From Perkinsela sp. CCAP 1560/9 (lineage: Eukaryota; Protista; Euglenozoa: Kinetoplastea): a stretch of DNA of 17,010 nt. How positions within the stretch are numbered: the stretch's first letter is position 1; every line of letters begins with the position of its first letter. The stretch covers positions 1 through 17,010 of the forward strand of contig CBFFSA010000086.1 in NCBI GenBank assembly GCA_965644495.1. Direction: 5' to 3'. The translations under genes and the position numbers were made by a program. The notes below the pieces were generated by a model. The model did not search any database and was not told the DNA's origin. It saw only the letters and a program-made list of their open reading frames with translations. Shown here in pieces: positions 1 through 8,962 of this stretch.

Positions 1-2340
1 CCTCTCAAAGCTATTACAAACCTCGTAAATCACCTTCTAGCCGGTAAAGCCCCTCTAGAGGTTCAACCGTATTTCGCCGGAGCCAGACTTTGCGCCTTAG
101 AAAAGGGCGAAAACGACGTCCGACCCATAGCTGCGGGGGAAACTATTCGTCGATTGGTCAGCAAAACTGCGTGCAACGTAGTTAAAGCCAAGGCAAGCGG
201 CATATTCGCAGGGCTACAGTTCGGAGTGGCGACACCAGTCGGAGCTGAACGCATAATCCACACTTGTCGACAAGCCATGGCCATCCACACTGATAACCCT
301 GACTTTGTTCTTTGCAAAGTAGACCTCAGAAACGCCTTTAACAACGTTAGCAGAACCGCCTTCCTGAAGCTTGTAAGCGAGCACTTCCCAGAATTATTCC
401 CATGGGCAAGCTGGTGCTATACCACCACTAGTGCATTGACTTACCGAACCCACACGCTCCTATCGGACGAAGGTGTCCAACAAGGGGACCCCCTCGGACC
501 TCTTTTCCTCTCCCTGGTCGCTCTGGAATTAGCAAACGAAATCAATCACCAGGCCGACTTGGACCTACAATTATGGTACCTTGACGACGGGGTTCTCATA
601 GGCAAGGCCCAAGACACCAGAAATGCACTGGACACGATCGCCAGGGTAGGCCCTCGCTGGGGCTTGCACTTGAACATGTCGAAGTGTGAAATCATTACCT
701 CCCCTGCCTCGGCTAACGTGACAAATTCGTTTCCCGACATACCGGACACCAAAATCAACGTACGTGGCGACTTTAGCGTTCTAGGAAGTCCGATTGGATC
801 CCCAGAGTATTGCTCCGAATACCTGACAACGCACGCCATTGAACCAGCAGAAACGGCGTTAGAAGCTATAACTAGAATCAAAGACCCACAGGTTTCAATG
901 GCGCTTATTCGGCAATGCGCCGGGTTCTGCAAAATGGTCCACGCTCTCCGCACGACCCCACCACAATCACTTACACTTTTATGCGAGCGTCTGGATGATT
1001 TTCTCATGCACGCGGTAGAGTCATGTTTATGCCCCTTGCCTCCCTCTGCACGGTCCCAAATTCAGCGCCTGAAAAAACACGGAGGATTCGGGTTACGGTC
1101 AGCATCCTTTCACGCAACCTCAGCCTACGTTTCCTCGGTTGCTTTTGCAGCAGACATGGACTCTTGGGATCCATCCGAAGTAGAAGGCTTTCTATCATCT
1201 ATTGACGACATAAACGCGAAGGTTGGCACCAAGCTTCTCAACTCAAGTGGCCGTGTGTGCACTATCCCGCACCACGAATGCGAAGATTTTCCTCCGAGGC
1301 ATCGCCCCGCAAAGCGCCCACGCCAGCCGGATACCCATGATCCTACTTCATCTGCGAATCCCCCTTCCCTTCCACACGATCGCCCCCCCTTGTCACCCGA
1401 TGATCTCCCCCCTACGTCATGCCCATTGTATGCAAAGGAGGATTGCTTTGACGCGAAGCTGCCGGACTGGGCGAAAAAGGGTATCCCCCGCCAAAGGGAC
1501 ATAAGCCACGCGATTTCGGCTACGGAATTTTCGCGAGCTTATGAAAAGGCTGACGCCAGGACTCGCGCACGTTGGGTCTCCCAGAGCGGGAAAGGGGCCA
1601 ATAGCTGGGCTTTCGTAACGCCATCCAAAGACACTGGTCACGCCTTCACCCCAACAGAATTCCGTACCTTGTCCCGCTGGTGGTTGGGGGTACCAGTCTA
1701 CGGGGAAGAATCAAAATGCCCCAGGGAGAACTGCACGCTCCCCCTTGACATACACGGAGACCATGCTCTCACGTGTAACCATGGGGAAGGTATCATCCGG
1801 CGACACCACTCGTTAGTCGATCAGTTTGCTGCCACCTGCAGCCAGGCCCACCTAGCACCCCAGCGCGAGAAAAGCCTCGGGAATAGGGGCCCAGGGGGTG
1901 CCTTGACCAGACCGGGGGACGTCTTCATGCCGAGCATCTTCCTCGGAAAACCTATAGTGCTTGACTTCGCGGTCACTCACGCCCAGCAATCAAAATACAC
2001 GGACACAGTCCGAAATGCTAGCTGGGTGGCCGCGGGGTCTTTCGCTGAGCACTACGCCTCCGACCAGAAAGCTCGACAGCGCCGTGAATCTGAGTCGGCG
2101 GGAAGCGACTTCACAGCAATGGTCGTAGAGAGCTACGGCTCTTGGAGCTCTAGTGCCTTAGCAGTACTTCGGAAAGTAGGAGAACGTCGGGCCAAAGCGT
2201 CAAACGGCATTCTCAGTGACGGAGCAGCTACGCTACAGCTCGTCACAGACTTGAACATAACGCTGATGCGTCTCCAGGCACGTATGATGATATCAAGAAT
2301 GCCGGTAGACGACCTTCCCACTCCGCTGATCGAGCAATAG
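1..2340 (+). CDS. CRE/SLACS-clade non-LTR retrotransposon ORF (RT + CCHC zinc knuckle + restriction-like endonuclease), 5' partial
   Basis: Frame +1 is open from base 1 (…GARLCALEKGENDVRPIAAGETIRRL…). RT motifs: QFGV, DLRNAFN, GVQQGDPLGP, YLDDG, GGFGLR. C-terminal C-x4-C…H…C…RH, then RPGD/LDFAV/VVESYGSW RLE motifs. Confidence 0.92.
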   Translation, partial: PLKAITNLVNHLLAGKAPLEVQPYFAGARLCALEKGENDVRPIAAGETIRRLVSKTACNVVKAKASGIFAGLQFGVATPVGAERIIHTCRQAMAIHTDNPDFVLCKVDLRNAFNNVSRTAFLKLVSEHFPELFPWASWCYTTTSALTYRTHTLLSDEGVQQGDPLGPLFLSLVALELANEINHQADLDLQLWYLDDGVLIGKAQDTRNALDTIARVGPRWGLHLNMSKCEIITSPASANVTNSFPDIPDTKINVRGDFSVLGSPIGSPEYCSEYLTTHAIEPAETALEAITRIKDPQVSMALIRQCAGFCKMVHALRTTPPQSLTLLCERLDDFLMHAVESCLCPLPPSARSQIQRLKKHGGFGLRSASFHATSAYVSSVAFAADMDSWDPSEVEGFLSSIDDINAKVGTKLLNSSGRVCTIPHHECEDFPPRHRPAKRPRQPDTHDPTSSANPPSLPHDRPPLSPDDLPPTSCPLYAKEDCFDAKLPDWAKKGIPRQRDISHAISATEFSRAYEKADARTRARWVSQSGKGANSWAFVTPSKDTGHAFTPTEFRTLSRWWLGVPVYGEESKCPRENCTLPLDIHGDHALTCNHGEGIIRRHHSLVDQFAATCSQAHLAPQREKSLGNRGPGGALTRPGDVFMPSIFLGKPIVLDFAVTHAQQSKYTDTVRNASWVAAGSFAEHYASDQKARQRRESESAGSDFTAMVVESYGSWSSSALAVLRKVGERRAKASNGILSDGAATLQLVTDLNITLMRLQARMMISRMPVDDLPTPLIEQ

Positions 2341-2515
2341 CTTGGTAACGGAGGAGTAAGTAGCCCTCGTGGGATAATCGTTTCCTAACCACGCCGTTGT
2401 CGGCACAGGCCCACGTTAGCGCCCTCGCAAACAACTGATCTGGAAGCTGGTCGAGTCGACAGAGTCTATGCTCACGCCTAGCTCGCCGAGGGCTAGGTTC
2501 CCCAAGTGAGGTATT
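1..2515 (+). mobile_element. CRE-like retrotransposon copy 1 (ORF plus truncated 3' UTR)
   Basis: The ORF is followed by the first ~85 nt of the 3' UTR motif shared with copies 2 and 3; similarity stops at ~2513. Confidence 0.85.
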
Positions 2516-2729
2516 TGGACTCTTAAGTGGGGAGGTCAACATTTTTTCATAAAATTTCATAAAATATAGAACTTTATTATCAGTTAATTTATAGTTTAAT
2601 ATTCCTTTATGGCCGCAGCCTTCAAGGTGTCCATTAGCTGCTACTAATGTACATTTAGAAATTCCATCTTAACAAATTTTGAGGTAATTACTTATTTGCC
2701 AATAGTGGGTGATTGCCAATAGTGGGTGA

Positions 2730-3254
2730 GTTTGCCAACAGTTCACCTCCTTCTGCAGCAAGGCCAATATGGCTCCGCAAAGGGAATAAAGTCTCGGAAA
2801 TCGGGGACCTCGAGGAGGTCTCACCAGACCAGGCGATGTTTTTCTCCCCAACTATGAACTGGGAGGTGGCATGGTTCTAGACTTCGCAGTCACCCACGCA
2901 CAGCAATTGAAGTATTTGGACTCAGTCCGTAATGCTAGCTGGGTGGCTGCGGGGTCTTTTGCTGAACACTTCTCTGAAACGAAAGGGAAGCAGCGCCAGG
3001 AAGCGGAAGCGGCTCAGTTACTGTTCGCAGCCATGGTTTTTGAGTCCTTCGGCTCATGGAGCAGAAGTGCCATGACGGTCCTGTGGAAGGTGGGAGCGTT
3101 ACGTGCCAACGTGTCGAACTGTCTTTTGACAGACACTCAGGCACGAAACATCCTCTCGCAAGAGCTTAATATCACGTTGATGCGTTCCCAGGCTCGGATG
3201 ATGGTCTCCATGATAGTTGTCAGTGACCCTAACGCCCCCCTTGAAGGCGCTTAG
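2730..3254 (+). pseudogene. RLE endonuclease domain remnant of CRE copy 2
   Basis: QQFTSFCSKANMAPQRE*SLGNRGPRGGLTRPGDVF…LDFAVTHAQQ, with an in-frame TAA at 2787-2789 where the other copies encode K. Confidence 0.85.
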
Positions 3255-3290
3255 GGGCATGGCGAAGGCGCCATGTGCGGGGCCACAAAC

Positions 3291-3546
3291 CACTGGCCCG
3301 GATGCTGGTCGAGTCGACAGTCTATGCTCACGCCTAGCCCGCGAGGACTAGGTACCCCAAGTGAGGTAGTACACGGGTAGTGAATCTCCTCCCCGTCGAC
3401 CAGCTTCCTGTTTCGCGACCGCGTCGCTGTCGACACAGGCCCGCGCCTGCGCCCTCCCATATAACAAGGGAAGGGTTCACAAGTCAGGCCTTGGTGAGGT
3501 CGAAAGACCCGGTCCGGAACGCGCGGATGGATTGGGCGTGGATTGC
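3291..3546 (+). ncRNA. Conserved structured 3' UTR RNA element with pseudoknot (copy 2)
   Basis: 3304-3312 pairs with 3396-3404 and 3313-3320 with 3427-3434 (crossing helices). Further hairpins include GGTC-GAAA-GACC. Compensatory changes relative to copy 3. Confidence 0.65.
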
Positions 3547-4027
3547 TTCCTTTTTTATTATTATTGTTATCCGAATCATAAATAACTTAAGGCAGGTTGA
3601 ATTACTAGTTTTGGGCTAAAACATGTGAATTTGCTAATTTGATTGCTTGTTTGCAAATCATATAAAAAAAAACAAAAAAAACTGAGATAAAATTGCTAAT
3701 TTGATTGCTTGTTTTCAACTCGTATACCCCAAAAGGACAAAAAAAAATGAATGTTTTTTTGAATTGTTTTTATTGTTATTGTTTTTACTGTTCTTATACT
3801 TACGGGAGATCGAATTGCTAGTTTTGGGCTCCAAAATATGAAATTGCTAATTTGATTGCTTGTTTTAAAATCATATAACCCCCCCCAATGGACCTACTTG
3901 GTTCGTCTAATGGGTCAAAATATAGAGGCAATGCCGCGATTCATACTTCTCCCCCCCTATTAATTGCAAAAAAAAAAAAAAAAAAAAAAGCAAAAAAAAA
4001 TGAATGAGGAAAATAAAAAAAATGAAT

Positions 4028-5392
4028 GAAATAGGCGATCCACAAGTTGCCATCGCCCTCATCCGCCAGTGCACTGGCTTCTGCCAAATGGTGTACGCTC
4101 TCCGCACCACACCCCCCCAGGCTCTTTTTCAACTTTGTAGCCTACTAGACGAAACCGTTCTTAAAGCTGTCGAGTGGGCACTTTTCCCCCTGGAACCCCA
4201 CGAACGTGACCAAATCCAACGAAGGAAACGCCACGGAGGTTTCGGCCTTAGGTCTGCAACACTCCACGCGACAGCTGCTTACGTTTTTTCCGTCGCGCAC
4301 GCCGCCGACATAGACGACTGGGATCCTACAGAGGCTGATGGATTCGCCATTTCGGGACAAGACGTAAACCGTAAAGCAGGAGTAGCGCTAGTGGATCCCA
4401 ACACGGGGCGCACACCCAAGCAGGACAAGCCACTCCCATACTCAGGCCACCATCACAACTTCCTCCCGAAAAAGAAACGCCCACGGAGCACTAAAAACAA
4501 AATGGAAGCGGACAGGGCAACCGCGCCGGAGATGGTCATCCCTCGACAGCAGCAACTCAGCCAGGCTATCTCACAGCAGGAATTCACCACAGCATACGAG
4601 CAGGCTGACCCTCGCACTCGCGCACGGTGGGTTTCAGAGTCGGGTAAGGGAGCAGGTAGCTGGGCTTTCGTGACGCCCTCTAGGAGCAAAGGATACGCCT
4701 TCACACCAACAGAGTTCCGCACGCTGTCCCGCTGGTGGCTGGGATCCGACATCTATCAAGAAGATCGCCCTTGCCCAGCGAAGGGATGCACATTACCTCT
4801 ACAGAAAAATGGGGAACATGCATTGTTATGTAAGAACGGACATGGCCTCATCACCCGTCACAACGCGGTCTTTGAGCAATTCACAGCATTCTGCAGAAAA
4901 GCCGACATAGCTCCGCAAAGGGAGAAAAGCCTGGGAAATCGTGGTCCAAGAGGGGGTCTCACCAGACCTGCTGACGTTTTTCTCCCGAATTACACCCTGG
5001 GAAGTGGTATGGTGTTAGACTTCGCAGTCACCCACGCACAGCAACTAAAGTATTTGGACTCTGTCCGGAATGCTAGCTGGGTGGCTGCGGGATCTTTCGC
5101 TGAACACTACTCAGCAACGAAGGATAAATAACGCCAGGAAGCGGAGGAAGCGAAATTACTTTTTACGGCCATGGTAGTTGAATCCTTTGGCTCGTGGAGT
5201 AAAAGCGCGATGGCTGTTTTGTGGAAGGTGGGGGCGTTACGCGCAAACGCGTCAAACGGTCTACTCACAGACACTCAAGCCCGAAATGACCTTCTCAAGG
5301 AGCTGAACGTGGCTCTCATGCGCTCCCAGGCCCGGATGATGGTCTCTAGGATAGTCGTCAGTGACCCTGACGCTCCCCTGGAAGGGGCCTAA
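4028..5392 (+). pseudogene. Post-RT linker + CCHC + RLE of CRE copy 3, one premature stop
   Basis: DPQVAIALIRQC…GGFGLR…CPAKGC…HALLC…RH…RPADVF. ORFs 4004-5131 and 5171-5392 share a frame, split by TAA at 5129-5131. Confidence 0.88.
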
Positions 5393-5424
5393 GGGATCTC
5401 GGGAATACCCACTGGGACATAAAC

Positions 5425-5695
5425 CGCTGGTCCGGATGCTGGTCGGTGCCGACAGGGTCTATGCTCACGCCTAGCCCGTCAGGGCTAGGTACCCCAAGTG
5501 AGGTAGGACAAGGGTAGGGAACTTTGTTCCTCCCCGTCGGCCAGCATCATGCTCCGCGACCGTGCGGCTGTCGGCACAGGCCCATTGCTTGCGCCCTCTC
5601 GTACAACAAGAGAAGGGTTAACAAGGCAAGCTGGGAGTGGTCGAAAGACCCGGTTCGGAACATGCATGAGGAAGATGGGAGCGCGAATGGATTGG
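5425..5695 (+). ncRNA. Conserved structured 3' UTR RNA element with pseudoknot (copy 3)
   Basis: 5435-5445 pairs with 5538-5548 and 5446-5455 with 5568-5577; same hairpin set as copy 2. Confidence 0.65.
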
Positions 5696-5789
5696 AGAAG
5701 ACCTCGCCTCCCCCCTTCTTTATCATCAAAAACCCTCTTGTGGCGTAGGTGCGAGGCGAGGCAGAGGGAGACCTTACCCTCCCTGGAAA

Positions 5790-5885
5790 GGTGGAAGTTC
5801 GGTAAGGGGAAGTGGGAAAGTTGGGAAGTGGGAAAGTTGGGAAGTGGGAAGGTTGGGAAGTGGGAAAGTTGGTTTGCTAGTTTTT
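5790..5885 (+). repeat. 96-bp G-rich block with GGGAAGTGGGAA(A/G)GTT tandem units, copy 1
   Basis: Identical to 6333-6428; runs of GGG. Confidence 0.85.
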
Positions 5886-6279
5886 ATATAGTTGTTAAAA
5901 AGAGGAAAAAGATTTAAATAAAGAAAAATATAATCTTTAAAAAAAAAAAAAAAAAAAAAGACAACGGTCCGGAACGCGCGAATGGATTGGGTCTGGATTG
6001 CTTGTTTTTATTTTTACTGTGTCTTATTTGTCGTATATACTTAGGGGAGATTGAATTGCTAGTTTTGGGCTGAGAAAAAAGAAAAAGAAAATATACTTCT
6101 GTGGAAATGAAAAGAATTGCTAATTTGATTGCTTGTTTTAAATTCATATACCCCCCTAATGGACCTACTATGTACTTGGTTCGTCTACTGGGTCAAATTA
6201 TAGAGGCAATGCCGCGATTCATACTTCTCCCCCCTTATTAATTGCAAAAAAAAGACAAAAAAAAAAAAAAAAAAAAGAC

Positions 6280-6314
6280 TTTAACGATAAAGATACAGTT
6301 TCTGTACCTTGTTG
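6280..6314 (+). ncRNA. Spliced-leader mini-exon sequence (no intron follows)
   Basis: TTTAACGATAAAGATACAGTTTCTGTACCTTGTTG matches the kinetoplastid/diplonemid SL pattern AACG…CAGTTTCTGTACnTTnTTG. Followed by AATT, not GT. Confidence 0.8.
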
Positions 6315-6332
6315 AATTATTTTTCCTTTCTT

Positions 6333-6428
6333 GGTGGAAGTTCGGTAAGGGGAAGTGGGAAAGTTGGGAAGTGGGAAAGTTGGGAAGTGGGAAGGTTGGG
6401 AAGTGGGAAAGTTGGTTTGCTAGTTTTT
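6333..6428 (+). repeat. 96-bp G-rich block, copy 2, followed by A11
   Basis: Identical to 5790-5885. Confidence 0.85.
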
Positions 6429-6493
6429 AAAAAAAAAAATGAATGAAAAATTGTTTTGGGCGCAAGAATACCATGCAAGCAAGGTTTAATCCT

Positions 6494-7845
6494 TCAAGAC
6501 ATAAAGATGCTGTTTCTGTACGTGTCCTCACGATCCCTATTAGTGCGCGCAAGGACTATAACCTTTTCCAACGGTATTTCAATCTCGATTACAATAAAAA
6601 ACCAAGCTCCGTTCGTCGAGCATTTTTTTACAAAAAAAATTGCGTTTTCATTCATCGAACAGGACATCCTGTTCGATGAATATTCATCGAGTGCCCCCCC
6701 TCCCCTGTTTCCAAGTATGTAAATAAGTGCAAACCCACACGGTTCCATGAGGTGAACTTGTCATACTCATTGAATGGACATACATTCACAGGAAGTCGTC
6801 GTGTGTTAATGGTTTTACATAATACATTTTCCACAAAGTAGAGAATCTCTACTGATTTTAATGGATGATCTAGCCTGGTGAAGGCTTCTTTGGTACGCTT
6901 TTCTGGTGGATACAAAGTGAGAGGTATACCCTCCACTTCGCCCTTTTCCGACGAAGCTTCGAGCCACTTCCAGAGTGATAAAACTTTATCACGTTCTGTC
7001 AGTTTCGTCCAATCACGGTCTTGCGTGATAGTGTAGGCTATGGCTCCAAGGGTGAGCTCAACTTCATCGTTTCCTACTGAAGGAACTGGCGTAGTAGCCA
7101 TGCTTCCAATATTGTAGACTGTTCGAATTGCCGCTATCTGTGTTTCCATAGAAGATGTGCAATTGTATGTGAACACTCGTCGTTTAGTCAGACATACCAT
7201 GGCGAGAGTATCGCCATTGCCTTTGACGTAAACGACGTTATGTCCATCATGATATCTCTGAATAGAGCATCTTTTATCTCCATCGCTTTGGAGGGTTTCA
7301 TCACAAACAATGTGTGAATTGATGAGAATATTCTCAATCAGTTGAAAAGATGTGAGTGTTAGCGTGGAGCATTGCTTCACACGTTCCAGCTCATCATCCT
7401 GTGATATTGCATGAACTCTGTTACGCTCAGCTTGTGTGATTCGAAGTCGGAAAGCCCGAGCTTCAGTATGCCGCGGATGACGGTAAAAATGCTTTTGGAG
7501 CCCCTTAAACGTGAACATTTGTTCGATAGCGCACAAAGTGAACTTGAACTTGTTCGGTTGTGTGATTCGTACTCGAGAGGTGATCTCTAGTACGTCTTAT
7601 GGGAGGTTTCCCTTTCAACTCCTCGAAGAAGGAGCATTCTTTGCAATGGGAATGATCCCCGCGTCCATGTTCGAAAACATGTTTACGCATGTACTCATAC
7701 TTGAAAGTATGATTCTCAGGTTTTTGATCTCCCTGTGTTGTATCACATTTCGTGCATTGAAAGGCTGCTGACATGGTGCCTTTCACCTCAAGGTCTAACC
7801 ACATGTCATAAATCGCCTTCTCGGTAAGGTGATTCGTACTCGAGA
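6494..7845 (-). pseudogene. Frameshifted ORF: repeated C2H2-like zinc fingers followed by unknown domains (probably transposon-associated)
   Basis: CTKC…KHVFEH and CKEC…RDHLSSTNH motifs (7505-7845), continued by the 294-aa ORF 6652-7536 and a remnant at 6494-6748. Cut at ~7845 by LINE sequence. Confidence 0.5.
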
Positions 7846-8155
7846 GGAACAGAGTAAAAGTATAGCAACTTTTAAGAGCCTGGTTAAGGAGCATAGAGCA
7901 GAAGTCGAGACGGAAATCACCAATGAATGTGTAGAGCTCGAAAAAAGTATTAAGAAAAACCACTCGAACACTACGGCAAGTGTGCGGAACTTACCGCGTG
8001 TCCTTCACTATGCCCGGTAATGCAAAGAAAAATAAGCCCCAATAGGTACGTAAGCACTTTATGAATTTCACAGGGTACGATCGGGGAGACCCCAACATTT
8101 CTTTTAATGAAGTACATCTTCCCTTTATACCAATTTCAGATGTCAAGTTTACCGC

Positions 8156-8236
8156 TCAAAAAAAAAATAAATCCAAATCATTCCGGATTGCTCCGGATGG
8201 TCACTGGCAAGCCAAATCCTTCACAGACAGATTTGG
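8156..8236 (-). mobile_element. 5'-truncated SINE 3' end inserted antisense into the LINE
   Basis: Reverse complement of ~12486-12557. TSD AAGTTTAC(C/T)GC at 8145-8155 and 8237-8247. Confidence 0.8.
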
Positions 8237-8589
8237 AAGTTTACTGCAGAGGAACTCTTTTATTCGCTTTCGCACTGCGGGAAGAATAGAGCCCCAGGGG
8301 GAGACGGTATTCCCATGGAGGCCTTACAAGCAATTTCGACACATCAGGATTTTAGAGATTTATTGCTGGAGCTAATCAATGAAGTGCATGAAACAGGCGT
8401 TACCGAAGCATCATGGAAAGTCATTCTTTAAATACCTATTCAAAAGAAAGCGGATTTATCGCAGCTTTCAAACTGGCGCCCTATTTTCCTTTTAAACAGT
8501 ATAGTCAAGATGATGAATTTTATGATTCTTACTCGAATCCGCCCGAGCGTTGAACCACTTCTTCGAGACAATCAATACGGTTTCCGTCA

Positions 8590-8962
8590 GGGTGGAGGTG
8601 GCGGAGTGGGTAGAGGTGGCGGAGTGGGTGGAGGTGGCGGAGTGGGTGGAGGTGGCGGAGTGGAAAGCACTCAAAGTTTGAAGCACATGGTGCTCAGACG
8701 GCGAGTTCAAACCCGCTCATCGCAATATTCCCGGCGACCTCGCTCTAAGAGGCTGGGCTGATAACCGACTAGGCCCAGTACTCGGAGGACCGTCCCGGAC
8801 CCTCCCCTCAGGGAACCAGCTCCCTTACCCGGCTTACACCTCTTGGGTAAGCCGTGTTGACGTACAGTTCGTCGACGCATCGTGTTGGCAACAGCACGTT
8901 GGTGCCGCCTTGGGCAAGCAGAAACTTAGTTTCTGGAGAAGGATTGAATAATTGGATTTTTT
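8590..8962 (+). mobile_element. tRNA-like SINE with 4x18-bp A-box repeat head
   Basis: Near-identical to 12125-12461. A box TGGCGGAGTGG, B box GAGTTCAAACC (8703-8713), GGATT-type tail. TSD GGTTT(C/T)CGTCA at 8579-8589 and 8963-8973 splits the RT motif GFRQ|NRST. Confidence 0.82.

Larger units (their letters stand above)
2730..4000 (+). mobile_element. CRE-like retrotransposon copy 2, 5'-truncated, with full 3' UTR and poly(A)
   Basis: RLE coding remnant, structured UTR, AT-rich UTR ending …cttctcccccc(c)tattaattgc, and poly(A) at 3968-4000. Confidence 0.85.
4028..6276 (+). mobile_element. CRE-like retrotransposon copy 3, 5'-truncated, 3' UTR (with internal insertion/duplication) and poly(A)
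   Basis: Starts just after the tail of copy 2. 3' terminal sequence at ~6040-6245 matches ~3797-3967; poly(A) at 6246-6276. Confidence 0.85.

Noticed and set aside
154-2340. Bacterial retron, group II intron or DGR RT
   Set aside because: The CCHC + RLE C-terminus, 5' truncations and poly(A) tails of the sister copies indicate a eukaryotic non-LTR element.
2516-2730. TTAA-flanked MITE between copies 1 and 2
   Set aside because: The ends are only weakly inverted and there is a single copy, so support is insufficient.
8745-8830. Hammerhead or HDV/Pr77-like ribozyme in the SINE body
   Set aside because: CTGATAA has no properly placed GAAA, and the HDV-like pairing lacks the P1.1 GG.
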